64,000 nucleotides of DNA from Promethearchaeota archaeon (GTDB lineage Archaea; Asgardarchaeota; Heimdallarchaeia; Hodarchaeales; Hodarchaeaceae): positions 1 to 64,000 of the forward strand of contig JBHLMN010000015.1 of NCBI GenBank assembly GCA_048938105.1. Direction: 5' to 3'. Made by a program: the position numbers and the translations under genes. Below, one piece after another: positions 18,940 through 29,172 of the stretch; position 1 is the stretch's first letter; each line of letters starts with the position of its first letter. The notes under the pieces were generated by a model. It saw nothing but the letters and a program-made list of their open reading frames with translations. It was not told where the DNA came from and did not search any database.

Positions 18940-20967
18940 ATGAAAAGGATGTCTAGTTTGGATATTTATGCCATTTCGAGGGAATTACAGGGGCTAGTAG
19001 GTTATAGAGTCGCTAATATCTATCGTGATTCAGCAGAAAAATATTTCCTTTTCAGATTCAAAGGTAAAGGCCCTTTTAAAGATCCCTTTCTCCTAATTGA
19101 GCCAGGAATACGATTACATTTGACAGAGGTAAAACATCCTGTTCCAGAGAGACCCTCTGACAAAATTATGAGTTTACGAAGTCATCTTAAAGGAACTGAA
19201 GTGATTGGGATTCGTCAAGTCGACTTTGATAGAATAGTAGAAATCAAGTTTAGAGGAAAACAGGAATATAGAGTTTATGTTGAGATTTTTGGGAATCGTC
19301 CAAATTTCGTGGTTGTTGGGAATCAAAAGGTAATTTCCGCACTATGGTATAAGAAAATGCGCCATCGTGATGTTTTACCAGGAAAAGAATACGAACTTCC
19401 GCCAAGTCGGGGAAAATCAATATTAGAATTGAAAAACGACGAAATTGCTCAAGTTATCAAGGCTGATGAAGATGAGGAAATTGTTCGGACATTAGCTCGA
19501 AAAGTTGGGGGAGGAGGAGAGCTAATGGAGGAAGTACTGGCGCGAGCTGGAATTTCTAAAAAGAAAAAAAATAAAGAAATCAGTAATGAAGAGATTAATG
19601 GAATTATAAAATCTACTAGGAATATTAAGAAAGATTTGAAAGAATTGAAACCTTCAGTGGTTCTAGACACAAATGAAAAACCAAAATCTTTTCACCCTAT
19701 TGACTTCAAATCTATATCAGAAAAAAAAAGATATTTCGATAGTTTTTCTCATGTTTTAGATTTTTATTATATGAATGTGTCCCCTATAATCTCTGTTGAG
19801 CTTAAACAATATGATCAGAGAAAAAAGAAGCTACTTAAGGTTTTGGAGGCACAAAAACAGACTCTCGAGGGATTTAAGAAAAAGAAAAGTCATTATAAGG
19901 ATCTAGGGGATCGAATTTTTCTTCAATTAAATGAGATAGACGAATTATTATCAACTATAGTTGCAGCTCGAAAAAAAAACATCAGTTGGTTAGAAATTCA
20001 GGATAAACTGAAAATTGCTAAGGAACAAGGAATATCTTCAACGAAGATTCTAGAGGAGATTTATCCAGAGCGGGGTACCATTTCACTCAATCTTAACTCT
20101 GAAATTGTTGAAGTAAACTTACGAAAATCTGCAACTGAGATTGCAAACGAGTATTATCAGCGTGCAAAAAAGGCGGCTCGTAAAATAACACCTGCTAATA
20201 AAGCTATACTTGAAACGAAAAGGAAAATTGACCTTTTATCTAAGAATCTTTCAGAAGAAAAGAAGATAGAAAGCATTACATTGAAACGAAGGAAAAGAAA
20301 ATGGTATGAAAAATATCATTGGACGTATACTCAGAATGGATTTCTAATAATAGGTGGAAAGGACATCTCTAGTAACGAGGAAATAGTAAAACGACACATG
20401 AAGGAAAACGACATCTTTTTTCATGTAGAATTACGTGGAGCTCCCTATACCATTTTAATTTGTGATTCCAGTGAAAAAAACATTAAAGAACAAGATTTTG
20501 CTGATGCAGCACTTTTAGCTGCTGCTTTTTCGAGTGGTTGGAAAGCTGGATATGGAGCTGTTGACGTTTATTATGTTCCAGCAAACAGCGCAAGTTTTTC
20601 AGCACCAAGTGGTGAATATATCCCAAAGGGAGGAATAATAATTCGAGGCACACGAAAATACATTAGAGGAGTAATAATGGCTTTAGCGATCGGAATTCAA
20701 GTTGATGAATTCAATGCAAAAGTTATTTACGGATCTGAGAAAAATATTCGCTCACAAAGTCCCATTACAATAATCATTAAACCTGGTTCAAAATCAAAAG
20801 GTAAGATTGCTAAACAAATCCATCAGATTTTCATAGAAAAAGCAGTTCATCCAGAAGATAAGGCTAAAATAAAGGCAATTGACTTGAATGAATTTGTCCA
20901 AAGTATTCCACATAACTCAATAATCTCTAGAGTGGAATATGCAAATTTAGAGGAGAAGGACAATTAA
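18940..20967 (+). CDS. rqcH: Ribosome quality-control factor RqcH (NEMF/Rqc2/FbpA family)
   Basis: MSSLDI start, QVDFDRI, WYEKYHW, GGKD..SNE and APSGEYIPKG motifs. Confidence 0.92.
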   Translation: MKRMSSLDIYAISRELQGLVGYRVANIYRDSAEKYFLFRFKGKGPFKDPFLLIEPGIRLHLTEVKHPVPERPSDKIMSLRSHLKGTEVIGIRQVDFDRIVEIKFRGKQEYRVYVEIFGNRPNFVVVGNQKVISALWYKKMRHRDVLPGKEYELPPSRGKSILELKNDEIAQVIKADEDEEIVRTLARKVGGGGELMEEVLARAGISKKKKNKEISNEEINGIIKSTRNIKKDLKELKPSVVLDTNEKPKSFHPIDFKSISEKKRYFDSFSHVLDFYYMNVSPIISVELKQYDQRKKKLLKVLEAQKQTLEGFKKKKSHYKDLGDRIFLQLNEIDELLSTIVAARKKNISWLEIQDKLKIAKEQGISSTKILEEIYPERGTISLNLNSEIVEVNLRKSATEIANEYYQRAKKAARKITPANKAILETKRKIDLLSKNLSEEKKIESITLKRRKRKWYEKYHWTYTQNGFLIIGGKDISSNEEIVKRHMKENDIFFHVELRGAPYTILICDSSEKNIKEQDFADAALLAAAFSSGWKAGYGAVDVYYVPANSASFSAPSGEYIPKGGIIIRGTRKYIRGVIMALAIGIQVDEFNAKVIYGSEKNIRSQSPITIIIKPGSKSKGKIAKQIHQIFIEKAVHPEDKAKIKAIDLNEFVQSIPHNSIISRVEYANLEEKDN

Positions 20968-21018
20968 AATTAGAGTAGATTCAACCAATGAAATTCCATT
21001 ACTTGAGTAGAAGGGTGT

Positions 21019-21675
21019 TCACATAATATCATCATCTGTAGATTGATCTTCTTCTGATTGGGGTTCTAAACATGCTGGACATAATGTATAACCATTTGTT
21101 GTTTTAAGTGTGTCCGAATAATTGCCGCAATCATCACAGAAACCTTCAAATTTGACAGAATCACTGTTATTATCGTCAGTTAGTTTTTTAGAAATAGTTC
21201 CTATAATAAGACGTTCCCTGTGAATTCGAAGTAAGCCTGGAGCAAATTTCAGTATATCGTTTGTTGAAACGATCCCCAAAGGTTGAGAAAGATCATTATC
21301 TTTGACCACTAAAATGCGTTCAATGTTTTCTTGAGCCATGATTAACATTGTATTCTCTAAGGTTTCATCCGCAGAAACATAAGAAACAGGTTTACTCATG
21401 ACATCATCAACAATAACAATTCCCGGGTCTAAAGCACGACCTACTACGCGATTGATAATATCTCCCTTGGTGATAATTCCTTCAATTTCGCTATTTTTAA
21501 TAATGATAGAACCTACCTGATTCTCCGCCATCAATTTTGCTGCTTCTGCCACAGGTTGGTTACTTGGCATTGATATTATCCCAATATTTTGTTTCGACAC
21601 ACTCCCTGTTGTCAAAGTTTTTAGTAGATTACCTATTAAAACCTCTCTTTCGTTATCAATCAACCTGTTAATCAC
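21019..21675 (-). CDS. Tandem CBS-domain protein with C-terminal Zn-binding motif
   Basis: GIITKGDI, VMSKPV and GIVSTNDIL motifs; CDDCG...CPAC. Confidence 0.85.
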   Translation of the reverse strand: MINRLIDNEREVLIGNLLKTLTTGSVSKQNIGIISMPSNQPVAEAAKLMAENQVGSIIIKNSEIEGIITKGDIINRVVGRALDPGIVIVDDVMSKPVSYVSADETLENTMLIMAQENIERILVVKDNDLSQPLGIVSTNDILKFAPGLLRIHRERLIIGTISKKLTDDNNSDSVKFEGFCDDCGNYSDTLKTTNGYTLCPACLEPQSEEDQSTDDDIM

Positions 21676-21913
21676 CTGTGGATGAGAATTTTTTGTTTTA
21701 CCTTTTTCTTTTCTTTGTGTAAAAGTTGTGGCTTAAGTTCTTTGTTCTTATCAACTAAAAAAACTTTTTCATTAGTGACTTCAAATACCTTTAATTTTCA
21801 AGACCTTACTTAGTTTGCTATCTATTATCCTCTTTATGGCTTTCTAAGAACATCATCACGAGAATATAAACTCAGGTAAAGCAATGATTACATAGTTAGA
21901 GAAATTTTGTTTA

Positions 21914-24900
21914 TTAAAAGAGTTTTGTTGGACGAGGGCCCTTATCAAATAATAGACTTTTGTTCAATTCAATCAATTCAATCCAAGATTGACAATATTC
22001 AGAAATTTCTGTATTATATCTGTCTCTTAGTTGCTGAATTATTTGCATATATCTTAAAACCCAACCTTCTGATAAAGTCAGTCCAATATTCTGTCGGTGA
22101 CAAACTGGACATTTTGAAAGAGGGATGCGTCGAAAGGTAGTATTGCATGTATTACATCGTACGGGTTGTTGAAAGAAACGAGTCAAAGAAGTCGTAATTT
22201 TTGGCAAAAAATCGTTTTCTAAAATATTATCAACAAATTCTCCTTCCTTTACACCCCGAATACGGCTAAGAACCCTTAATTCCGTTTCTATTTTTGAGAC
22301 TATTTTACTCTCACGAAAACGATTCTCGAAATTATATTGAGAAATATTATCAATCGTATGGAATTTTAGTAAAGGAGGCGCAAGATATGACCTTTTATAG
22401 GACATTAATTCCTCTTTTAAGGGATTTTTGTATAAGTTTTGATAAAACATAAGATTCATTGGTATAGAATCATAATCTGCATAGACTGACGTGTCATCCC
22501 ATTTATCAGAAAGATTAATTATAGATGGTACATCCATTGTCCCCCCACGTGATGCCGGTATGAACTCTGTAGAAAAATTAAGCAATACATCTAGTAATAA
22601 AGTCATTGAGTCAACATCTCCATTACAATTACGAGTTTTTAATTGATGCCAAAGAGGATGGGCGTAAGTAACATTATTTTCAGTATAACCAATTATTCTA
22701 CCTATCACAGCTACCATCGAAAACGGTGATAAACCCACAATTAATAAGCCTACAATATCTTTAAGAGAATTTATTCTATAATACGGCGAAAGGTCATACA
22801 AAATACCTAATTCATCATCAATGAACTTAGACAAATTAACAAGAAAATCTCCTGCTGTTTTGCTCACTATTACATCATAAGGATTGATTTCAATTAACTG
22901 ATTCTTTTTTGTTAGATCATTTCCATCAACATCATGAGCATAACCCAATCTCAAGAGGTCGTCAATAGAGATATGGATTTCCTCGGGGGTAAAGTGGGTG
23001 AGATGCGCATTAGTTTGATCAAAACGGCTTGTTCCGTCCTTATAAACAAAAGTTTTGTGTTTTGCACGTAATATACCTTTGGTAATATGTTCTGGTATTC
23101 GATTCTTGCTGTTGAGAAAGGAAACTCCTTTAACTTTTTTCAAATTAATGGGTCCAGCCTTTTGGAGGCTAGATTCTAATAAACTTGCTACATCTATGGG
23201 TTTAATTCTTGCAGGAAAAGCATATTGTCCACATTCTCGACATATTTGCGTTTTAGAAATGTGGCCTTTTTTGCAAACATATTGTTGCTTTGTTTTCTGT
23301 TGGCATTTCTGACAATATGAAAAAAATGTAAATTCTTCACACGTTTCACAAAATCTTTCTGAAACCTGAATATCCACACTAGTAGTATTTTTGACTTTTA
23401 ATAGATTTTTTTGAGTGCCACCATGAGAACCAATAGGAAAAAGAATATGTGCTGGCGGATTTACATGTCGTGGTTCCGCTTTTTCAACTCGAATGACCTT
23501 TAATCCTATCCTTCTCTGACAAGAAGATCTTATAGGAATCTTAGAAAGCATTTGAATCAATTTTTCTATTTCTATTGGGATTGATGATTTTGAAAGGATC
23601 CCAGTTAATTGGTCCTCTTTTCCTCGTAATGCGTGAATAAATGGTTGAAATCGTTCTGTTCGAATATTATCATTGAGAATAGTAAAGGGGACACCTAAAT
23701 GCTTAAGAATATCCTTTACATCATCATCATTAGGAAGTGTGTTATCATTGGAGTTTTTAAGCTTCTGAATTAGCCTTATTAGATCACTTATAGCAATTTC
23801 ATTCCAATTAAAAGAATAATAGGGATGTATAGGTACATTTGTCATGGTACTTAAATTAACAGCGATTTCTGGAGACGGATGATGACGGGTTGGTTCTGTT
23901 AGCAAATCCTCTAACTTTTTAAGGGAAATCTTCAAACTTATGGCAAAACCTTCTATCGATCTCATTTTAGTGCAAATATAATGTTTGATTTCCTGACTCC
24001 ACCATTCTTCTGTCCAAGCAGACAATTCAATAGTTTCTGTGGCAGGAATATCATCAGGAGAGAGTAAAATATCTCCCATTTCCCAAATCTGCACCACTTG
24101 ATTTTCCACATCACGAATTCTCGCTAATGATTCAATTCTTTCGAAAGAACCATCCAACAATTCAACAGTAGGACCTGATAAAGTGGAAACTGGAAATATT
24201 GTTAGTGGTCGATCCATAAAATCGATTTTAACGTTTGTCCCTGGAGAGAGCATTTCCGTAAGGTACATTGTTACAGGATGGATTCCAGCTGCACCTTGAC
24301 TGGTATTGCGTGAAATCCCATATCTTAACCTAAAACCTCCAGGTTTTTTCGATATTGAGAGTAAAGGTTGTGTTCCACGAACTTCATGTCTCCCAAAATC
24401 GTGTTTCTTACGTTTTATCCCATTAAAAGACGGTTTTAACCAGTGCCATTCAGGAATCCCTGATGTCAATCGGTGATTTGCGATTGAATTTATATTTTCA
24501 ATTATTTTATTAAAAGCTACACACATACCCATTCGAAGTTTATTAGTCATGTTTGGTAAATTTCTATAATTCTTTACTTCAATTCGTTCATATGCTTCTC
24601 CAGAGATCTCAACACCAATGTTTTGAAGGAGAAATTTGATTAAATCCTTTCTTAAATCTTGAAACCGATCATCCATTTTAAAATAAATTTCTAATTCTTC
24701 AATATATCGGCCTAGCATCTCTGGGGAAGGATTAAAGCGATTTAAGTGTAGTATATGTCGAATATAGTCAGCTATGAGAACAACTAACCCAATAATCTCT
24801 CCAGTAGTATACCGTATTGTATTAGAAAAATAAATCGTTAAATGATTAGATTTAGATCCAATAGAAACCTTTGGAATGCTTTCTTGTGGAACAGAGATTA

Positions 24901-25237
24901 ATCCCTGACTTAAGATAACCAATGCGCTGTGTAATGCTAATAATATTAGATTCTCACGGGAATCTTTAACAAATCGGCCATTAACAATTTGTTTGGCAAT
25001 ATCTGCTGCGAGAAGTAGAGGATTTTCATGATATGAAAGATTTTCAGGGAGATATTCCTCTAATCTAGGGATATTCAGAATTGCAGCGATTTTTGCTTCT
25101 GAAGAATAGGTAAGTTTGGCTTCTATATTGGTGTGAGGATCTAGTTTGAGAGCTCTAGCTTGTGTAGCAATATTGATTTGAGTTTCAAGAATTTTTTTGA
25201 TGTTTTTTATGTATTCATGAAACTCTTTCTCAATCAT
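21914..25237 (-). CDS. DNA polymerase D large subunit (DP2) homolog, divergent and probably catalytically inactive
   Basis: GGFRLRYG, EEWW, LFPIG, KGILRAK, KDGTSRFD, YAHP, LLLDVLLNFS and RGGTMD motifs plus Zn fingers; the catalytic motif reads TRNCNGDVD instead of RRNCDGDED. Confidence 0.9.
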   Translation of the reverse strand: MIEKEFHEYIKNIKKILETQINIATQARALKLDPHTNIEAKLTYSSEAKIAAILNIPRLEEYLPENLSYHENPLLLAADIAKQIVNGRFVKDSRENLILLALHSALVILSQGLISVPQESIPKVSIGSKSNHLTIYFSNTIRYTTGEIIGLVVLIADYIRHILHLNRFNPSPEMLGRYIEELEIYFKMDDRFQDLRKDLIKFLLQNIGVEISGEAYERIEVKNYRNLPNMTNKLRMGMCVAFNKIIENINSIANHRLTSGIPEWHWLKPSFNGIKRKKHDFGRHEVRGTQPLLSISKKPGGFRLRYGISRNTSQGAAGIHPVTMYLTEMLSPGTNVKIDFMDRPLTIFPVSTLSGPTVELLDGSFERIESLARIRDVENQVVQIWEMGDILLSPDDIPATETIELSAWTEEWWSQEIKHYICTKMRSIEGFAISLKISLKKLEDLLTEPTRHHPSPEIAVNLSTMTNVPIHPYYSFNWNEIAISDLIRLIQKLKNSNDNTLPNDDDVKDILKHLGVPFTILNDNIRTERFQPFIHALRGKEDQLTGILSKSSIPIEIEKLIQMLSKIPIRSSCQRRIGLKVIRVEKAEPRHVNPPAHILFPIGSHGGTQKNLLKVKNTTSVDIQVSERFCETCEEFTFFSYCQKCQQKTKQQYVCKKGHISKTQICRECGQYAFPARIKPIDVASLLESSLQKAGPINLKKVKGVSFLNSKNRIPEHITKGILRAKHKTFVYKDGTSRFDQTNAHLTHFTPEEIHISIDDLLRLGYAHDVDGNDLTKKNQLIEINPYDVIVSKTAGDFLVNLSKFIDDELGILYDLSPYYRINSLKDIVGLLIVGLSPFSMVAVIGRIIGYTENNVTYAHPLWHQLKTRNCNGDVDSMTLLLDVLLNFSTEFIPASRGGTMDVPSIINLSDKWDDTSVYADYDSIPMNLMFYQNLYKNPLKEELMSYKRSYLAPPLLKFHTIDNISQYNFENRFRESKIVSKIETELRVLSRIRGVKEGEFVDNILENDFLPKITTSLTRFFQQPVRCNTCNTTFRRIPLSKCPVCHRQNIGLTLSEGWVLRYMQIIQQLRDRYNTEISEYCQSWIELIELNKSLLFDKGPRPTKLF

Positions 25238-25243
25238 TTCATC

Positions 25244-25963
25244 TCACGAAAGAATTTGAACCCCATTGTTTAAAGTAACATTGAGGACCCCTAGATTTTC
25301 TAGATTACTTCTCCCTTCAAGGTAATAAATTCCAGTCTGATCTGGACTTACAATGGGAATAACACGACTAGTGCTATTGAAGATATGTATTGCTGCAGCG
25401 TTAATGTATTCAAGTTGATTTCCTTTACTTTGTTGAATTAAAATACGATTATTTTGGATTTCTGCGCGACCAACAAAGACAATAGTAAAAGATTCATCAA
25501 TGGTGAATGCAGATGATACAGAACTTATCATCAATTTGAATTCTGCATAGATTTCACTTTTGTAAACAGCCTCATCAGAGATATTATCATATGGTGGTCG
25601 TTTTGCAAAGATATTGAAGTTATCAGTACGCAATTGGACTTCCAAATTGACCCCACGGGTGAAATAGAAGTCTCCCATTCCTGCCAAGAAATCCTCAATT
25701 TTAATTTTCGCTATACTAGCACTAAAAATATTGGTATTATTTTTGCTATGCTCAGCTAGAATTAATTCTAAATAATTTTGGATCTCACGTTTCGAATCCA
25801 AGTATGGCTCTCTTAATGATTCGCGATCAAATTCGAGTCGTTCAGCTCCAAGATTCATCAAAGCTGCTGTCATTGTCACAACATAGACTGCAATCAACAT
25901 TGTAGCTAATATGAACATTTGACCTCGGTGACTCTTCGTTCGTATGGATCCTAGAAACCTCAT
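25244..25963 (-). CDS. Type IV pilin-like protein (class III signal peptide)
   Basis: KSHRG|QMFILATMLIAVYVV: basic leader, G-Q cleavage site, hydrophobic stretch. Confidence 0.72.
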   Translation of the reverse strand: MRFLGSIRTKSHRGQMFILATMLIAVYVVTMTAALMNLGAERLEFDRESLREPYLDSKREIQNYLELILAEHSKNNTNIFSASIAKIKIEDFLAGMGDFYFTRGVNLEVQLRTDNFNIFAKRPPYDNISDEAVYKSEIYAEFKLMISSVSSAFTIDESFTIVFVGRAEIQNNRILIQQSKGNQLEYINAAAIHIFNSTSRVIPIVSPDQTGIYYLEGRSNLENLGVLNVTLNNGVQILS

Positions 25964-26476
25964 CTAAAATTTCTCCCATAAATACAATTGAACAAGAAAT
26001 TGAGTGAAATAATAACCATAGGCAGCAGAAGTAAAAGAACCTAAGTGATAGTTTGCTACAATCCCCTCTCCACTTTGCTGTATTGCTGCAATCGCTGTTG
26101 GAGAGCCAATATGGCTAAGGTAATTTGGATCTATGGTGCCATTATTAATTTCGTGAGCAATTAATGCATAATCAATATTATCTGAGACTGTAATGGAAAT
26201 ATATTCATCTAATTGATTTCTGTAGTAAGTATACTCAGCTTTATGGTTATAATCATCATAAAGGTATATTACAGGTCTTAATATCCCTGCTTCATCAGCA
26301 GCTATAAGTATATCTGTAGCTGATTGATCCAAACTTGTAAGATTGGAGTAGGGTGATAGTGTTTGGTTTGTTGCATTAATCAAGAGAATAGCGAGAACTA
26401 ACATTAAGGCTACTGAAACAAGCGTTTCTGCGATTTGAAGTTGGCCTCTATGGATATGTTCTCGGTTTTTTCGCAT
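25964..26476 (-). CDS. Type IV pilin-like protein (class III signal peptide)
   Basis: HRG|QLQIAETLVSVALMLVLAILL. Confidence 0.75.
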   Translation of the reverse strand: MRKNREHIHRGQLQIAETLVSVALMLVLAILLINATNQTLSPYSNLTSLDQSATDILIAADEAGILRPVIYLYDDYNHKAEYTYYRNQLDEYISITVSDNIDYALIAHEINNGTIDPNYLSHIGSPTAIAAIQQSGEGIVANYHLGSFTSAAYGYYFTQFLVQLYLWEKF

Positions 26477-26480
26477 TAGC

Positions 26481-27647
26481 TTATTTACTCCATAATGTAA
26501 GTTGGCATCTCATCAATGTCCCTCGAACGATGATTGGATATGGTTTTGATTGCATTGATTTTATACTATCAGTAAGAATTTCCTTACCAAATATATGATA
26601 AAATATCCCATTAGTTGAATCACGATCCAAAATTGTAGGATAAGTTCCTATTCCTACTCGATATTCATCATTGATCTTAGCGATACTGAAGAAAGCGACT
26701 AGTCCCTCATTAGGAATTGAAACAATTTCATTTCCCACAAAAGCTGTAGATAAGTCTATTGTTTTATTTAAATAGTTTGAAGTACTGGTTTGATAAATAA
26801 TAGTGAGAAAATGTGACTCAGGAGTCATCTCTAGAATATCTGTTATTGATAGACTGGAAGAATTAAATCCTCCTCCCCAAACCACAGTATTTGAAGATGG
26901 ACCGATAATAACTGTTTCAGAAGTGGGATCATGGAATCCCCAGTTCATTCCCCAGAGAGGACCTTTTTCTACAATGATAAATACAAAGTGCTCACCCTCT
27001 GGGTCGTCTCTGGTGGGATCTGACAGTTGGAGGCTAGTATCTCCATTTGAATCGGTAATTGTTGATCCTTCTGAAATCACATCTCCATTAGTTAGATCAA
27101 TGGTAAAGAATGTAACCTGAGCGTTAGAAATGGGAGTGTTGTACGAGTCTGTAACCTTAACTTGAGCAAAATCTAATGTGGAAACAGTTATCTTTGGTTC
27201 TAATAAAGGGTAAAATCCTAATTGGAAATCATACTCCCTTTCAAGGCCTACTGTCTCTTTAAGAGTAGAATAATCATACATTTTGAATCCAGAATAAGGT
27301 GACAGAGAAGTAAAGGTGCCAGTAACGAGTCGGGCAATCTTTGCGCTATCTAAAGTCAGAAATGATTGTAAATTTGAATCTGCAAGTCCAAATGTTCTTG
27401 GGAGCTCCAATAAATACCCCCAATTTGGGTCTCCTTCTTCCAAAAGTAATTTACGTCCAAAAATATCCATTTCTTCATAAGTTATGGTTTCAATAGTATT
27501 TGTTCTAATACTGGATTGGACAGTAAAAATAATGAGAATCAATTGTGATAACATGAGTAGGAAAAGAAAAAGACTCACTACGAAGTCGACGGCTCTAATC
27601 TGTCCAGATCGTCTTTTTTTAAGTTTTGAAAACATTTTATTGCACAT
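26481..27647 (-). CDS. Large minor pilin / adhesin-like protein (class III signal peptide)
   Basis: KKRRSG|QIRAVDFVVSLFLFLLML, GDPNW motif, and a beta-rich Ig-like segment (VTDSYNTPISNAQVTF...TDSNG). Confidence 0.72.
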   Translation of the reverse strand: MCNKMFSKLKKRRSGQIRAVDFVVSLFLFLLMLSQLILIIFTVQSSIRTNTIETITYEEMDIFGRKLLLEEGDPNWGYLLELPRTFGLADSNLQSFLTLDSAKIARLVTGTFTSLSPYSGFKMYDYSTLKETVGLEREYDFQLGFYPLLEPKITVSTLDFAQVKVTDSYNTPISNAQVTFFTIDLTNGDVISEGSTITDSNGDTSLQLSDPTRDDPEGEHFVFIIVEKGPLWGMNWGFHDPTSETVIIGPSSNTVVWGGGFNSSSLSITDILEMTPESHFLTIIYQTSTSNYLNKTIDLSTAFVGNEIVSIPNEGLVAFFSIAKINDEYRVGIGTYPTILDRDSTNGIFYHIFGKEILTDSIKSMQSKPYPIIVRGTLMRCQLTLWSK

Positions 27648-27678
27648 TTATTTTCCTGAAAATTTCCATATAAGGATG

Positions 27679-28134
27679 CTAAGAAATAGCCTCATTACTT
27701 GAAGTACCAACATTGGCTACTTCAAGTTGGATCACTATTTCTTGAATTCGATCCTTTAATTCGAGCATTGTTGTTTCTAACTCTGTTAATTGGAGGCCTT
27801 TCTCCAGAAGAGAGGTAGCCTGAGATATTAATTCATCTGCTTTCTGAGTTTTCTCTGTTTTTAATGTTGAAGTTAATTCTGTTAAGTTATTAAGCTTATT
27901 CATCATCTCTGTGACAGTTTCTTCTATTTCAGAGATTCTACTCTCAATAGGGGCCAAATTCACTTCAACAGGGCCACTTGTTGGGACAGAAGTGGAGGAA
28001 AAAGATGGAGTTTTGGGAGCTGGGCCTCCTGATCCCATACCCTGAACCATTAGAAACTCCATGTTGGTGAGTTTGTCTTCTAGAGCTGAAACCTTTTCTA
28101 ATAATTCTGATAACATTTTTTCTTCTTTTCCCAT
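27679..28134 (-). CDS. Soluble coiled-coil protein within the pilus cluster
   Basis: Heptad Leu/Ile pattern interrupted by a G/P/S linker; 11-31 nt from its neighbours. Confidence 0.7.
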   Translation of the reverse strand: MGKEEKMLSELLEKVSALEDKLTNMEFLMVQGMGSGGPAPKTPSFSSTSVPTSGPVEVNLAPIESRISEIEETVTEMMNKLNNLTELTSTLKTEKTQKADELISQATSLLEKGLQLTELETTMLELKDRIQEIVIQLEVANVGTSSNEAIS

Positions 28135-28145
28135 GAGTCATAACC

Positions 28146-29150
28146 TCAAGTGATCGATTCTAAAAACTTTATAATCTCTGGTCCAATAATTACTATTTTA
28201 AAAAGTATATAGCAGAGAATTAAAAGGAAACAGGAATGTCGTAATCCAATTTTAGCATCTCCCTCACCCATTTTACCAGCAATGAGACCTGCAAATGCAG
28301 CTTCGATAACCATCATATGAAAAAAGATTATTTGTAAACCTGCTACACAAAATGGTAATGCTGCCGTGGGTTCCTGTTCTGCTCTCACAGAATCTACAAT
28401 CTGATATGCTAATCCTTGAAAAAAAGTAGTAAGCAAAATAATCATTACAAAAGCAAAAATAATGAACGAAACATAAATAATCCATGTATAGGGTTTCATC
28501 GCTGCAAGTCGTTCTCTTTTTAATCCTAATATTTCTGATACATGAGTGTGAGCTGATTCAAAGACATCCTCAATAGCCCCTCCAGAGCGTTCTGCTTCTA
28601 AAATTAATAGTGAAGTTCTTTTCATTAGTGTTGTATCAGCAACTTCTGTTAAAGATCGCAAAGTTCTACTAAAAGGAATTCCCCAGCTGATTTTAGCTGC
28701 CATTTTTTTCAATTCTGGCGTTAATTCACCATATTGATGTTTTGAAGCTTCTAGAATTGCTCTTGGTAAAGGAAGGCCAGTCTTTTGAGCATCAGAAATT
28801 TCACGCAGTAAGGAAGGAATATGATCATCAATGTTATTACGCCATTTTCGATCAGAATGATAGATCCAAGCTGGGAGAAAGATTAAAACAAAAATTGTTA
28901 AAAATGTGAAATCTAAAATGTCGAAGATACCAAATGAAATGAATGAATCCATACTCACTTCTCTTACAGAATATAGATATGAATCCATGTCAGCAGGATC
29001 TGAACTGAGAGAAGGAGGGTTTTCAAGATAGTAAACGATGTGTTCTAGAAGAGGAATGTAAAATGAAATAGAAATAATAAAACCAACTACACAGAGAATA
29101 CCTGAAATAATCCAGATACGTTTTTCACGTTTTGGTGTTAACTTTCCCAT
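28146..29150 (-). CDS. Type IV pilus platform protein (TadC/GspF family)
   Basis: LREISDAQKTGLPL, YGELTPELKK..WGIPF, EAERSGG and AGLIAGKMGEG motifs. Confidence 0.9.
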   Translation of the reverse strand: MGKLTPKREKRIWIISGILCVVGFIISISFYIPLLEHIVYYLENPPSLSSDPADMDSYLYSVREVSMDSFISFGIFDILDFTFLTIFVLIFLPAWIYHSDRKWRNNIDDHIPSLLREISDAQKTGLPLPRAILEASKHQYGELTPELKKMAAKISWGIPFSRTLRSLTEVADTTLMKRTSLLILEAERSGGAIEDVFESAHTHVSEILGLKRERLAAMKPYTWIIYVSFIIFAFVMIILLTTFFQGLAYQIVDSVRAEQEPTAALPFCVAGLQIIFFHMMVIEAAFAGLIAGKMGEGDAKIGLRHSCFLLILCYILFKIVIIGPEIIKFLESIT

Positions 29151-29172
29151 TGCGATAAAACCTCTTTTAATG

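Noticed and set aside
21914-25237. Annotation as the functional replicative polymerase PolD DP2 (polC)
   Set aside because: A catalytic Asp and several conserved motifs are substituted and no DP1 is nearby, so the gene symbol is withheld
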